The translations under genes were made by a program, and so were the position numbers. Source: Cenarchaeum sp. (lineage in GTDB: Archaea > Thermoproteota > Nitrososphaeria > Nitrososphaerales > Nitrosopumilaceae). From it: a DNA stretch of 64,000 nt. This document shows positions 1-10,708 of the stretch, one piece after another (within the stretch, counting starts at the first letter, position 1; every line of letters begins with the position of its first letter). A model generated the notes under the pieces. It was not told where the DNA came from. It was given only the letters and a program-made list of their open reading frames with translations, and did no database searches. The stretch is from positions 1,376,001-1,440,000 of the forward strand of contig CBDESU010000002.1 in NCBI GenBank assembly GCA_965242695.1, written 5' to 3'.

Positions 1-274
1 CGATTATGCGGTCCGACTCGCGCAGGACGAGCTCGGCTAGGGCGGGGCTCATCGAGTACTCGGACGCTAGGCCGTCGGCCTCCTCGGATACGGCCACGCC
101 GCTCATGTCTACGAGCCTCCCCTGCGAGTACGATACGTACTTGCTCGAGATGACCACAATGTCCCCGTCGGCGGGATCGATCCCCGCCGTTGCAAGCGAT
201 AATGCGATCTCGTCTGGCAGGTCAAACGCGCCGACCTGACGGCGTGCCTGTACTGCCGTCACCGTGTATGCCAT
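1..274 (-). CDS. cofE: Coenzyme F420-0:L-glutamate ligase, 5' part only (runs off window)
   Basis: Manual translation from ATG at 274: MAYTVTAVQARRQVGAFDLPDEIALSLATAGIDPADGDIVVISSKYVSYSQGRLVDM...LAELVLRESDRII; the GDIVVISSK..S.SQGR motif is typical of CofE. Confidence 0.85.
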   Translation of the reverse strand, partial: MAYTVTAVQARRQVGAFDLPDEIALSLATAGIDPADGDIVVISSKYVSYSQGRLVDMSGVAVSEEADGLASEYSMSPALAELVLRESDRII

Positions 275-443
275 TGCTGACACCGCCGCATCGCACATTT
301 GTATGGCTCCGATAGTGCGCACGTTGGCCGCTTCGCCTTGCGCCCAAGTCGCATGCCCACTAGGCGCATCGTCCTGCCGCTAGGAGGGGCGATTTTAGAA
401 TCTGGTCTGCGGAAGGCCCGCAAGGCGCTTGGCGGCATGATGC

Positions 444-2933
444 TCAGAGGTTCCCCTGGTGGCCGTTGTTTTTAAACCCCAGCAAGGACTGTTTCTGTCC
501 CAGAAAATTTGATCGGGAGAGCATTTTTGCGTTGCGTTTAGCGTCTACCATTTGCTTTACTGTTTTGGTCAGCTGGGACGCCTCTTTGGAACTCTTTGGC
601 ATGACAAGGGTAAGCTTTCGTATCCTCTTACCGATCGTCGATATGCTGGACTGCGTGAATACGTTTGAGTCGAACTGCTTTCTGACCACCGCTGTGTTAA
701 GCAGGCCCAACAATAGATAGGGCGACATCTTTTCGTTGTCAATGACTCGTAGGCGGATAAAGTGACTCTGTAGGACTATCTTCGTATCCAAGTCGGTGAT
801 AATTGCCGTTTTGCCGATCATGAACGTTCCGTCCTTGACCATTAGTATGTCGTCCTTCCTCACGTCTTGGCTGGCTTTGACTTGGTTGTACACCTCGTCG
901 GACACGCAGTGGGTGGGACCTTCGCTGACTTCCCAATTGTCAATGTCACTGGTTCGTATAAACGGAACCGTCCCGTCGCCGTAGTAGTCTGACTCTACCG
1001 TCGCACCTCCGCTCCCTACTAGTTCAACTACCTTTTGATCGACTAGATCGCCTATGCTGATCAGCGTGTGGCCGCTTTGCTCGTACTTTTGGCGGTCATT
1101 TACGACGTTGAGGCTGTAGAATTTGGGTAGCCAGACATTGTCCTGTATGTCGCTGAGTGCGATAAACGACCCCAGGTTGCCCGGCTTGCATTTTTTTGCC
1201 TTGAGCTTATCTAGGAACTTTGGTATGTCGCCCATATCGTCGCTGTCGATAGGCCTGCGCCGCTTGTCGTGTCCACACGTCAGTGCGTAGCTCATAAACA
1301 TATTGTAGTCCGATCGCGGGTTTGACGTCTTTTTCAAAAACAAGAGGTGCGTCTTCGTGTTCGTGGATGGCCTGAACGCGTCTGCCGGAACGTCCACAAC
1401 CCCTATGATTTCTGCGCGGGTCCTTAGGCTCTGCCGTATGTACTCATATGTGGGGTTGGACAGTATCCCGTCGGGCAGAACGATCCCTAGCCGCCCGCCC
1501 TCCTTTAGGAGATCTAGGCACCTGTCGATGAACAGTATCTGCGGGGCTTGCTCTTCCAGCAGGTTGCCCTTTGTCCACCGGCCCTCCTTTTTGCCCCACT
1601 TGTGCCCGAACTCAAACTGGGACAGCCTTGCCTTTCCCTTGATCGGTATCTTTGCCCCAAAGGGTGGGTTTGTGACGACCACGTCGTACTTGCCCATTTC
1701 GATCAGCGCCTGTGATTCCGATCTCCACTGGCCCGGCGGGTCTAGTGCGTCTTCCGTCACTATGCCGCTCCTGCCGTCGCCGACTATTATCATATATGAT
1801 TTTATGATCTTGCTTAACAGCGCATCCTTTTCGATGCCTCGTATGTGCCTTTGCGCCCTTTGAATCTTTTTGGTTTTGATCTCCTCGGGACTCCATCCGT
1901 ACTTTACACCTTCGTCGTCTATTTGTCGATGCATGTGCCTCAGGCACTCCACTAGAAAGCCCCCCGATCCGCATGCCGGATCTATTATATTCTCGGTGGC
2001 TTTTGGCTTGATTATGTCGATAACGGCCTTGACTACGTTCCGTGGGGTGAAAAACTGTCCTTGCTCCCCCCTGAGCGACGGCCCTATGAACACTTCGAAC
2101 GCATCCGCCACAACGTCGCGCTCCGCCCTGATCAGGCTAAATGCCTGTAGTCGCGCCACAACATAGGACACCGATGCGGGATCTAGGCTTATTTTGTCGT
2201 CGCCACTGAACACGTCCGAGTACTCTTCCTTGGTGTCGTTGAACCTTTGTATAATCCGTGCGTAGACACTGCTATCTGGTTCGTCGACGCCGACTCGGAA
2301 CTGTACGGAATCATTCTCCGGAGTGTATTTTTCGTCGTACAGTTTACACAAGATCATGTTGATCAGTTCTTGTGATAGCTGCTGATCATTTACAATCCTG
2401 CGTGCGTTTCCGGCCAGGTGGTTGCGGATTGTCTTAAATTCGGCTGTTAGGTTGTGCGGCGCCGTCAGATCCTTGCGCTTATATTGCCCTATGTCTTCTA
2501 GCCGTTCCCCAAATTTTGGTATGTCGGGGATCTTCTTGAATGTTATGTGGCCACTTTGTTCGCGTTTTTGAAGTGCTAGAAAATCATTTCCATTGTACCA
2601 CACTCCCAACATTGCATTTGAAAACTTTAGATAGTGCTCTAACTGCCCCCTTCCGTCATTTCTTGTTGATGCTTTACACTCGACAATTATATACACTGTG
2701 TCGTCGTTGTACTGGTTTGACGAAAACACGGCGATGTCAACCGGGTAGCCCTGGCTGTCCGATGGGCTGGCTTTGACTCTGAACTGCCTTCTGGTCTGTA
2801 TGTGGGATCGAGGGTAGCCGTAGTCTTCTACCAGTTTCCTGGAAAACGACTGGACGGCGTCGACTTCCTCGGGCGTGGAGCTGACCTCCTTGCCGCTTAT
2901 GAGGTCTTTGACTTTGGCGATGTTGCCCATCAT
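444..2933 (-). CDS. Type IIG-like restriction-modification fusion (HsdR_N-type nuclease + N6-adenine MTase + C-terminal TRD)
   Basis: 829 aa; N-terminal VDIAVF...IIVECK nuclease motif; GQFFTPR, IIDPACGSGGFL, VVTNPPFG; HsdS-like TRD (VPFIRTSDI, DILMVKDG...IGKTAII); lower GC than the core. Confidence 0.9.
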   Translation of the reverse strand: MMGNIAKVKDLISGKEVSSTPEEVDAVQSFSRKLVEDYGYPRSHIQTRRQFRVKASPSDSQGYPVDIAVFSSNQYNDDTVYIIVECKASTRNDGRGQLEHYLKFSNAMLGVWYNGNDFLALQKREQSGHITFKKIPDIPKFGERLEDIGQYKRKDLTAPHNLTAEFKTIRNHLAGNARRIVNDQQLSQELINMILCKLYDEKYTPENDSVQFRVGVDEPDSSVYARIIQRFNDTKEEYSDVFSGDDKISLDPASVSYVVARLQAFSLIRAERDVVADAFEVFIGPSLRGEQGQFFTPRNVVKAVIDIIKPKATENIIDPACGSGGFLVECLRHMHRQIDDEGVKYGWSPEEIKTKKIQRAQRHIRGIEKDALLSKIIKSYMIIVGDGRSGIVTEDALDPPGQWRSESQALIEMGKYDVVVTNPPFGAKIPIKGKARLSQFEFGHKWGKKEGRWTKGNLLEEQAPQILFIDRCLDLLKEGGRLGIVLPDGILSNPTYEYIRQSLRTRAEIIGVVDVPADAFRPSTNTKTHLLFLKKTSNPRSDYNMFMSYALTCGHDKRRRPIDSDDMGDIPKFLDKLKAKKCKPGNLGSFIALSDIQDNVWLPKFYSLNVVNDRQKYEQSGHTLISIGDLVDQKVVELVGSGGATVESDYYGDGTVPFIRTSDIDNWEVSEGPTHCVSDEVYNQVKASQDVRKDDILMVKDGTFMIGKTAIITDLDTKIVLQSHFIRLRVIDNEKMSPYLLLGLLNTAVVRKQFDSNVFTQSSISTIGKRIRKLTLVMPKSSKEASQLTKTVKQMVDAKRNAKMLSRSNFLGQKQSLLGFKNNGHQGNL

Positions 2934-3109
2934 CCTCGCCTACCCTGCTGGAAGTTGATCCTGACGGCGAATGCTTTTCCATCCGGCACCAGCTTCCATT
3001 CTATGCAATCTCCCGCCTCCAGGCCAAGGCTCCTGACAATGCTTGAGTGGACAGTTGTTCTTAGCGATCTGCTTTTGCTTGCCTGCGTAAGGCCCGTCTT
3101 CTCGTTCAC
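2930..3109 (-). CDS. Small AbrB/MazE/SpoVT-fold DNA-binding protein (59 aa, not in the ORF track)
   Basis: GTG 3109: MNEKTGLTQASKSRSLRTTVHSSIVRSLGLEAGDCIEWKLVPDGKAFAVRINFQQGRRG*; SLRTT..IV..LGL..GD.IEW signature; TGA overlaps the R-M ATG; TTATTATAA box ~25 nt upstream. Confidence 0.75.
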   Translation of the reverse strand: MNEKTGLTQASKSRSLRTTVHSSIVRSLGLEAGDCIEWKLVPDGKAFAVRINFQQGRRG

Positions 3110-3130
3110 GATTTGGGCCCGGGCAGGCCG

Positions 3131-3139
3131 TTATAATAA
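3131..3139 (-). promoter_or_regulatory. Archaeal TATA box for the AbrB/R-M operon
   Basis: TTATTATAA on the minus strand 22-30 nt upstream of GTG 3109. Confidence 0.55.
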
Positions 3140-3696
3140 CCTAACAAATGGCGCCTTGGCGTTAGGGGCATGACCCCGATCGCCGTTCTGGTTGTCTTGC
3201 CCTGTGGTCGGATGTGGCGCCTGCCAGATATGGTGGCGCCAGTGTGCACACCTGCTTGGCCGTGGCGCGCGGTGTTGCGTCCCGGCCCGGACGTGCGGTC
3301 CCGGGGGTGCAGAACGGTCACCCTGTCACCGTTGGGCCTGATCGTGCGCCTTTCGAGGAAGGGGGGGATCGGTCTTCTAGATGCCTTGCAATGCAAATTC
3401 TTGCATGCCTCCGACAGTGCGATCCGACCCGCGCAAGACAAATCCCACCCAGACGGATCTCGAGTATCGGAGTCCGGGTTGTGCTCACGTCGAAGGCGGC
3501 CATACCGTTCATGTCCACGAGCCTCCTCTGTGATGTCCGCCCTTACTCTAGGCTGCCATTATGTTATCGTCTGCGGGACAGATCTGCCGCCGCCGCAAGC
3601 GACGCCGCGACCTAGCACAGTGGATCAAAAGAGCCGCCCTGCTTGTGCATAACCATCATGCTTATTGTATATACCAACGCCGTTACTCATTACCGT

Positions 3697-4176
3697 CTAT
3701 GCCAGTTCCTTGTACACGTCAACAAGATTTACCCCACATCGCAATGTTGTGATGGGATGCTTCTTGCCTTTTATCTTAAGTTTCTGCGCGCGCATCCTGG
3801 TGTAAAACGCCCTTGGTACCCGTCGTTTAACGAGTAAGAGCATATTTATATTAGATTCCTGATCTCCAATAACATTAAAGTCCGTTTGTAGTAAAAACTG
3901 TACTCCATTTTTAAACTTTTCAACAATTTGTTCAACTTTGACGCCACTGCTTTTTAATTCGACTAAAATAATCCGGGGTGGCTCTATATCATGAATTATT
4001 ATACAGTCACACATTTTTTTCTTTGTTGTGATTTTTTCGCCCTTTAAAATGGTGTAATTGGAAATTCCGCCTAGACCTAGCTTACAATTGTGCTCACAAC
4101 ACTTGTCAATGACGGCATCCTTAAACGTATTCGTTACACCCGCAATGCTAGCCGGACGCCCTGTTCGCATTGTCAA
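3697..4176 (-). CDS. Putative PD-(D/E)XK-like nuclease, partner of the upstream ATPase
   Basis: 159 aa, basic; KMCDCIII...IILVELKS motif; 4-bp overlap with the ATPase stop; AT-rich. Confidence 0.55.
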   Translation of the reverse strand: MTMRTGRPASIAGVTNTFKDAVIDKCCEHNCKLGLGGISNYTILKGEKITTKKKMCDCIIIHDIEPPRIILVELKSSGVKVEQIVEKFKNGVQFLLQTDFNVIGDQESNINMLLLVKRRVPRAFYTRMRAQKLKIKGKKHPITTLRCGVNLVDVYKELA

Positions 4177-5642
4177 TTTAGACGCTCCTCGATCCGAATG
4201 TCGTCAATGTTTAAAAGATGATCCACTTCTATAAATTCATCCTGTGAGATCCCATCGTCGGTAGACATGGGGATCTTTTTAACTACACTAATGTCATTCT
4301 GGTCCAGTTGAAAAAGATGAGGAGCAACTTCGTCCATGCAGAGATATAGCCCCTCGTCTCCCAGTGCCTGTTCTCTATTTTCGGGTGTTAACTTCGATGC
4401 TTGTAGACACTGGCTGACCACTTCGAGCAGTATTGCGCTGTGGGTCGTGATCATGACATTGATGCCGTTTCTGACCAGACGAACGAGGTGCCTAGCAAGG
4501 AGGCGCTGGCTATATGGATGTAAGTGTGCCTCGGGCTCTTCGACAACCAACAGGTCTTTCTTCTGACCACTGTGTTTTAAGTATAATGTCAGGGGTGCTA
4601 ACTCGGAAATGGCCGAGGATGTTAGATGGACAGGCAGATTCGCACCACGGCGGTGTTTGTAGACTAGTTCGGGGATAGTGTCACCTACACTCGGCTTGAG
4701 GTTTACATGCCCCCTAAATATGTCACTTTCGATCTGCCTTCCCAGCTCGCGATAATGCCCGGCGTGCGGTCGCATTTCAATTATGGACGAAAGAAAGTCC
4801 GAAACCACCCCAGACAAACGTGGGATTTGAATGTTTTCGATACCCCCATACGGCGAACTTCTGATTATTCCGGACGCTATTACTTTCTGTGATTGCAGTA
4901 TACCGTTACGTCCTGCAGGAAAATAGTGACTAACGGCGGGCAGGGATGAAATAGCACTACGTAGCACTTCACGCTCTAGTTTTTCATAAATCGATCTCAT
5001 CATGTGCAAATTTTCTTCACTAGCTAGGTCGTGATGTATTACACAGCGTATCACATTATCACCTGATCTAGTCACATGGCCTGGACCATAACGAGTAGAC
5101 TTGGTTAACTCAAATCCAATGTTAGGATTTTGTATGGAGTTGAGGTTAAAACCATTCGAGCCATGTGTCAAGATGCGATTGCCATTACTTTCTAATGACA
5201 TAAAAAATCGCTGTGACGAAAATCTGGTTAATACGCTGATCGGCGAACTGAAGTTTCGCATAATTTCATTCTCCAGTTTTTTACCAAACCTACGTTTGCA
5301 AAATTGTCCAATTTGAGCTGCTAGCGCTGGTGTGGCATCGACTGGTTCGTTAAGCTTTAATCCGGTCAATTCAGCTCTAATATTCCTGAGCAACTTTCCC
5401 AGATTGTTTGCTTCATTATTAGACCGAATCAGCGGATACGAATCCATGTGTATCTCTCTACTAGATGAAATGACAGAATGCGCAAGCATGGCCGCATATG
5501 ATTTTCCTGTGTTGCTGGGCCCTATAAAAACCGTGAATGGCCTTATCGATATGGCGGCTTTTTTAATGGGCCCAAAGTTATGCACCTTCATGTCTAGGCA
5601 GAGTGGCGTCGTACCCGTTCTCGTAGCCTTTCTCCTGTTCAC
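4173..5642 (-). CDS. ABC/AAA-type ATPase (AAA_15/AAA_21-like, defence associated)
   Basis: VHNFGPIK, Walker A GPSNTGKS, YFPAGRNG, SSAISEL signature, Walker B/D-loop LVVEEPEAHLHP, H-loop ITTHS. Confidence 0.85.
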   Translation of the reverse strand: MNRRKATRTGTTPLCLDMKVHNFGPIKKAAISIRPFTVFIGPSNTGKSYAAMLAHSVISSSREIHMDSYPLIRSNNEANNLGKLLRNIRAELTGLKLNEPVDATPALAAQIGQFCKRRFGKKLENEIMRNFSSPISVLTRFSSQRFFMSLESNGNRILTHGSNGFNLNSIQNPNIGFELTKSTRYGPGHVTRSGDNVIRCVIHHDLASEENLHMMRSIYEKLEREVLRSAISSLPAVSHYFPAGRNGILQSQKVIASGIIRSSPYGGIENIQIPRLSGVVSDFLSSIIEMRPHAGHYRELGRQIESDIFRGHVNLKPSVGDTIPELVYKHRRGANLPVHLTSSAISELAPLTLYLKHSGQKKDLLVVEEPEAHLHPYSQRLLARHLVRLVRNGINVMITTHSAILLEVVSQCLQASKLTPENREQALGDEGLYLCMDEVAPHLFQLDQNDISVVKKIPMSTDDGISQDEFIEVDHLLNIDDIRIEERLN

Positions 5643-6046
5643 GCGGCCCCGCGCCGAGCCGTGCCATATATGTCATAGGGCGCCCACCGTAACATGCCTC
5701 CGCTCCCCCCCCCCCACAGAATGCCACGCTGCCGATCGCTCAACTGATGTCACTTCTCCGCCCTAGGCCGCACCTGTGGGCTGCCTAGTGACTGGCTTCG
5801 GGCGGTGGCTTGGGGCGGCCTTGTGGGACCTAGAGATGAATGGCTGTCGTGCCCTGCATGTTGACTAACGATCGCACGGCACCGCTACCGACACACTCCG
5901 CCAACTCCACCATTATGTTTGTGACGGTATGCGGACGCTTGCCTCCCCGTCCGTCTAGGCAGACGCCTACCCTCTGTCTTAACTTGGGACCTACGTCCTG
6001 GCACCGCCGATGATACGTTTTAATCGCCGCCGTCCCTGCGCCTGCC

Positions 6047-7336
6047 GTGAACGTCACGGAGAAGATACTCGCGCGCGCGTCCGGCCGACGGTCCGTCTCG
6101 CCCGGCGACGTCGTGGTCGCCGGCATAGACCGCGCCATGGTCCACGACGTCTCCGGCCCCGGCGTCATAAAGGTCTTTGAGCGCCTAGAGGCCGAGGGCA
6201 TCGACACGTCGCGGCTGTGGGACCCGTCGCGCGTGTGGGTCGCCGAGGACCACTTCGTGCCGTCGGCCGAGAAGATATCGGCCGAGAACGTGGCACGGCT
6301 GGAGCGCTTTGCCGAGTCGCGTGGGGTGGCGCGCCACTTCAAGTACGGCATGGGCCAGTACGGCATATGCCACACCCTGTCCCACGAGGAGGCCATGGTG
6401 GCGCCCGGCGAGGTGTACGTCGGCGGCGACTCGCACACGAACACGACGGGGGCGCTCGGCGCGTTCGCATGCGGCCTTGGTCACACCGACATGGCGTACG
6501 CCCTGCTGCACGGCCGCATGTGGTTCCGCGTGCCAGAGGCGCTGTTGCTCAGGGTCCGCGGCCCACTCCCGCCCCATACTATGGCAAAGGACCTCATACT
6601 GCGCATCATTGGCGACATCGGCACCGACGGCGCAGCGTACCGGACCATGGAGTTTGCAGGCGACGGCGTCTCTGCAATGTCCGTCGAGGAGCGGCTCACG
6701 CTCACGAACATGACGACCGAGGCCGGCGCCAAGAACGGGATCGTCGAGCCGGACGCAAAGGTGGCAGAGTACCTGTCTTCGAAGGGCGCCGGCCAGGCCG
6801 CGTGCGATGCCTCGTCGTACACGCACGGCGACGGCGACGAGGGCGACTATGCGAGGGTGCTAGAGTACGACGGCCCCGAAATCGAGCCGCTCGTGGCCGA
6901 GCCGTTCTCGCCGGCCAACGTGGCGCCGGCGCGCGACGAGTCGTCTGTCGAGCTCGACAAGGCGTACATCGGGTCGTGCACGGGGGCAAAGATGGACGAC
7001 CTAGAGGCGGCCGCGCGCATCCTAAAGGGGCGCACCGTCAGGATACGCACCGAGGTAGTCCCGGCGGCCATCTCGATATACCGGAGGGCCGTCGAGCGGG
7101 GCCTCGTCTCGATCTTTTTGGCCGCCGGAGCCACGGTCGGGCCGCCTACGTGCGGGGCGTGCTGCGGCGCGCACATGGGCGTGCTCGGCGCCGGCGAGGT
7201 GTGCGTGAGCACGACCAACCGCAACTTTCCCGGGCGCATGGGGCACGTCGAGTCGCGCACGTACCTTGCGTCGCCGCAGGTGGCCGCCGCCTCGGCCGTT
7301 ACTGGGCGCATAACCGACCCGAGGGATCTGAATTGA
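6047..7336 (+). CDS. hacA: Homoaconitase/isopropylmalate dehydratase large subunit, archaeal type
   Basis: MNVTEKILARASG, DH, GICH, GDSHT, IGSCTG, CGACCG, STTNRNFPGRMG; 429 aa. Confidence 0.85.
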   Translation: MNVTEKILARASGRRSVSPGDVVVAGIDRAMVHDVSGPGVIKVFERLEAEGIDTSRLWDPSRVWVAEDHFVPSAEKISAENVARLERFAESRGVARHFKYGMGQYGICHTLSHEEAMVAPGEVYVGGDSHTNTTGALGAFACGLGHTDMAYALLHGRMWFRVPEALLLRVRGPLPPHTMAKDLILRIIGDIGTDGAAYRTMEFAGDGVSAMSVEERLTLTNMTTEAGAKNGIVEPDAKVAEYLSSKGAGQAACDASSYTHGDGDEGDYARVLEYDGPEIEPLVAEPFSPANVAPARDESSVELDKAYIGSCTGAKMDDLEAAARILKGRTVRIRTEVVPAAISIYRRAVERGLVSIFLAAGATVGPPTCGACCGAHMGVLGAGEVCVSTTNRNFPGRMGHVESRTYLASPQVAAASAVTGRITDPRDLN

Positions 7337-7869
7337 GGGGCAAGGCCATAAAGTACGAGCGCGACAACATCGACACCGACGTGATCATACCCGGCGCGTA
7401 CCTAAAGATCCACGACCACGACGAGCTCGCAAGGCACGCCATGGAGGGGCTGGACGCGTCGTTCGCCGAAAAGGCCGCCGGCGGATCGTTCGTCGTGGCC
7501 GGGCGCAACTTCGGGTGCGGCTCGTCGCGCGAGCACGCCCCGATCGCCCTGTCCCGCTCGGGGGTGCGCGGCGTGATCGCCGTCTCGTTCGCGCGCATAT
7601 TCTACCGCAACTCGGTCGACGGCGCGTTCCTGCTGCCCATCGAGGTCGGCGAGGACGTGTACCGGTCGATCTCGGACGGCGACGAGCTCGACGTCGACGT
7701 CGACGCGGGGACTGTATCGAACGCGGCGACGGGGGCCGTTCACCGGATCAGGCCCTTTCCGGACGTAGTCCTCAAGATCATCCGCGCCGGCGGGCTGTTC
7801 AAGGTCGACCTGGACGCGCTGGCCGACGCCGGTGACGGGGCCGGCAAGGGGGGCGGGGGCGGGCAATGA
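7333..7869 (+). CDS. hacB: Homoaconitase/isopropylmalate dehydratase small subunit, archaeal type
   Basis: TTG 7333: [41 protein letters not shown] (C-terminal part of the 6217 ORF). Confidence 0.85.
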   Translation: MRGKAIKYERDNIDTDVIIPGAYLKIHDHDELARHAMEGLDASFAEKAAGGSFVVAGRNFGCGSSREHAPIALSRSGVRGVIAVSFARIFYRNSVDGAFLLPIEVGEDVYRSISDGDELDVDVDAGTVSNAATGAVHRIRPFPDVVLKIIRAGGLFKVDLDALADAGDGAGKGGGGGQ

Positions 7870-9332
7870 CGGCCGGGGATGCGGGCTCCGGCTCTGGCGG
7901 CGGAGGCGGCCCCCGCACCATGCTCGACAAGATCTGGGATGCGCACGAGGTCGCGCGCCGGCCCGGCGGAGGCGGCCCCTCCCTCCTGTACGTCGACAGG
8001 CACCTTGTCCACGAGGTGACGTCGCCGCAGGCGTTCGCCGGCCTGCGCGCCGCCGGCAGGCGCGTCCGCCGCCCCGACCTGACGCTCGCCACGGCCGACC
8101 ACAACGTGCCGACGACGGCCCGCGGCCGGTCTCTGCCCATGGCCGACGGCACGTCGGCAGCCCAGCTCGAGGCGCTCTCGCGCAACTGCGGCGAGTTTGG
8201 CATCGAGCTGTTCGGGATGGGGCACCCCGACCAGGGCATAGTGCACGTCATCGGGCCAGAGCTCGGCTTTACGCTGCCCGGCGCGACGATCGTCTGCGGC
8301 GACAGCCACACCTCGACGCACGGCGCGTTCGGCGCCCTCGCGTTCGGCATCGGCACGAGCGAGGTCGAGCACGTCCTGGCCTCGCAGTCCGTCTGGATGC
8401 ACAGGCCCGAGTCGATGCTCGTGAGGATGGAGGGGTTGCTGCCGGGCACGGGGGCCGTGACGGCAAAGGACGCCATCCTGTCTGTCATACGCGAGACGGG
8501 CACGGCCGGCGCGACCGGCGCCGTAATCGAGTACGCCGGGCCGGCCGTCTCGGCCATGACGATGGAGGAGAGGATGACCGTGTGCAACATGTCCATCGAG
8601 GCCGGCGCGAGGGCCGGAATGGTCGCCCCCGACGATCGCACGTTCGAGTTTCTGCGAGGCAGGCGGTACGCGCCGGCCGGCGATGCGTTCGACGAGGCCG
8701 CAGAGGCGTGGCGGTCCCTCCCGTCCGACCCGTCCGCGCGGCACGACCGCGAGCTCGAGCTTGACGCATCGGCGATCGCCCCGCAGGTCAGCTGGGGGAC
8801 GAGCCCCGGCATGACGTGCGACGTGACCGGCTCCGTTCCCGACCCCGCCGAGTACGCCGCCGGCGATGCGGGCCAGGAGGACGGCGCGCGCGCGGCCCTC
8901 GAGTACATGGGGCTAGAGGCGGGCACGCCCATGACCGACGTGAGGATCGACCGCGTGTTCATCGGGTCGTGCACGAACGCGCGGCTAGGCGACCTTGCCG
9001 AGGCCGCCCGGGTCGCGCGCGGCCGCCGGGTCGCCGGCGGCGTGCGCGCAATGGTCGTACCCGGCTCGCAGTCCGTCAAGCGCGCAGCCGAGGAGGCCGG
9101 CCTCGACGCCGTGTTCCGCGACGCGGGGTTCGAGTGGCGCGAGCCCGGCTGCAGCATGTGCCTGGGGATGAACCCAGATGTCCTGGCATCCGGCGAGCGG
9201 TGCGCGAGCACGTCCAACCGGAACTTCGAGGGCAGGCAGGGCGCCGGCGGCCGCACGCACCTTGTCAGCCCCGTAATGGCGGCAGCGGCGGCCGTCGCCG
9301 GCAGGTTCGTCGACGTGCGGGAGTGGATCTGA
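7866..9332 (+). CDS. leuC: 3-isopropylmalate dehydratase large subunit
   Basis: [71 protein letters not shown]. Confidence 0.95.
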   Translation: MTAGDAGSGSGGGGGPRTMLDKIWDAHEVARRPGGGGPSLLYVDRHLVHEVTSPQAFAGLRAAGRRVRRPDLTLATADHNVPTTARGRSLPMADGTSAAQLEALSRNCGEFGIELFGMGHPDQGIVHVIGPELGFTLPGATIVCGDSHTSTHGAFGALAFGIGTSEVEHVLASQSVWMHRPESMLVRMEGLLPGTGAVTAKDAILSVIRETGTAGATGAVIEYAGPAVSAMTMEERMTVCNMSIEAGARAGMVAPDDRTFEFLRGRRYAPAGDAFDEAAEAWRSLPSDPSARHDRELELDASAIAPQVSWGTSPGMTCDVTGSVPDPAEYAAGDAGQEDGARAALEYMGLEAGTPMTDVRIDRVFIGSCTNARLGDLAEAARVARGRRVAGGVRAMVVPGSQSVKRAAEEAGLDAVFRDAGFEWREPGCSMCLGMNPDVLASGERCASTSNRNFEGRQGAGGRTHLVSPVMAAAAAVAGRFVDVREWI

Positions 9333-9333
9333 G

Positions 9334-9972
9334 ACGCGCCCGTTCAGGGCCGTGACGAGCCCCGCCGTCCCCCTCGGCAGGGTCAACGTCGACACCGACC
9401 AGATAGTCCCAAAGCAGTTCCTCAAGCTCGTCGAGCGCACGGGGTTCGGCGAGCACCTGTTCCACAACTGGCGCAGGCTGCCCGACGGCGCCGCGCCGGA
9501 CCCGTCGTTCGTCCTCAACGATCCCGCCTACGAGTCCGCCCGCATCCTGGTCGCCGGCGACAACTTTGGGTGCGGCTCGTCGCGCGAGCACGCCGTATGG
9601 GCCCTGCTCGACTACGGGTTCGACGTGGTGATCGCCCCGTCGTTTGCCGACATATTCTACGGCAACTGCTTCAAGAACGGCCTGCTGCCCGTCGCGCTCG
9701 GCCGCGCCGACGTCGACGCGCTGCTCGCCGCATCGGCCGTACGGCCCGGCGCCGGGCCGCCCCCGCCCATCTCTGTCGACCTCGAGGCGCAGACCGTCTC
9801 GGCCGCCTGCATCGGCACGGTCGGGTTCGAGATCGGCGCCGACCGCCGGGCCGCCCTCCTCGGCGGCATGGACGAGATCGACCTCACGCTCGGGCAGTAC
9901 GGCGGGGCGATCTCTTCGTTCGAGTCCGGGCCGGGCGCGCCGCCATCCGCGCTACGATCTCGGCGGCCGTAG
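9334..9972 (+). CDS. leuD: 3-isopropylmalate dehydratase small subunit (start uncertain: ACG 9334 or GTG 9352)
   Basis: [46 protein letters not shown]. Confidence 0.93.
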   Translation, partial: TRPFRAVTSPAVPLGRVNVDTDQIVPKQFLKLVERTGFGEHLFHNWRRLPDGAAPDPSFVLNDPAYESARILVAGDNFGCGSSREHAVWALLDYGFDVVIAPSFADIFYGNCFKNGLLPVALGRADVDALLAASAVRPGAGPPPPISVDLEAQTVSAACIGTVGFEIGADRRAALLGGMDEIDLTLGQYGGAISSFESGPGAPPSALRSRRP

Positions 9973-10699
9973 CCGCGTTGCGGTCGACGGCGGCCGGCGA
10001 CTCGGCGTCGATCCACGGCTCGCCGCCGACGTCGTACGCGCAGACCCTCCCCTCGGCGGCTAGCGCCTCTAGCACGTCGTACGAGAGGTTGACCTCGGCG
10101 GGCGGCCCGGCGCCGCGGCCCCGCCCGGCGGCTCGGCGCTTTTCGGCGGCCTTGCGGGCCACCCTCGGAAGCACGGCGGTCGACAGGACGTATATCCCGA
10201 GGCACTCGGCCATGGGCAGCGGCACGGTCGGCTTTTCGACGAACCTAGAGACGATCCCAGACTCGCCTACCTCGGCAAAGCCGGTCTCCTCCCTCCTCGA
10301 CGACCTCGTGGCCACGCAGGCGAGGCTGCCCGTGCGCCGCAGGAGCGCGTCCATGCCGAGCACGTCGGCGCGGCACAGGTTGTCGACAAACCACAGCACG
10401 AACGTCTCCTCGCCGCGCAGGTGCGGCCGGGCGCGCAGCAGGTCGCCGCCCGTGCCGGCCTGCGCGTCCTGGACCATCGTGACGCCGCGCCTGCCGCCCA
10501 TGTACCCGGCGATCTGGCCGCCGAGCCCGCCGAGGTCCGTCAGGACGACGGCCTCGTCGACGGGGCCGAGCGAGAGCAGGTACTCTACCACATGCGAGAC
10601 GAGCGGCCTGCCCTGCACGGGCATCATGGCCTTTGGAAAGTAGTCCGTGTACGGGCGGGCCCTCGTCCCCCTGCCGCCGGCCATTACGACGGCCTTCAT
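9884..10699 (-). CDS. Sugar-phosphate nucleotidyltransferase family protein
   Basis: [37 protein letters not shown]. Confidence 0.9.
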   Translation of the reverse strand: MKAVVMAGGRGTRARPYTDYFPKAMMPVQGRPLVSHVVEYLLSLGPVDEAVVLTDLGGLGGQIAGYMGGRRGVTMVQDAQAGTGGDLLRARPHLRGEETFVLWFVDNLCRADVLGMDALLRRTGSLACVATRSSRREETGFAEVGESGIVSRFVEKPTVPLPMAECLGIYVLSTAVLPRVARKAAEKRRAAGRGRGAGPPAEVNLSYDVLEALAAEGRVCAYDVGGEPWIDAESPAAVDRNAATAAEIVARMAARPARTRTKRSPRRTARA

Positions 10700-10708
10700 G
10701 CCCGCGCC

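Noticed and set aside
3170-3690. ORFs between the R-M operon and the nuclease gene
   Set aside because: No recognisable motifs or coherent codon pattern; treated as intergenic
6217-7869. 550-aa ORF as a single protein
   Set aside because: Only the last 178 aa (from TTG 7333) are the dehydratase small subunit; the rest overlaps hacA out of frame. Similar spurious N-terminal extensions were trimmed for rps9, nadK, ferredoxin, ppx and both MTases
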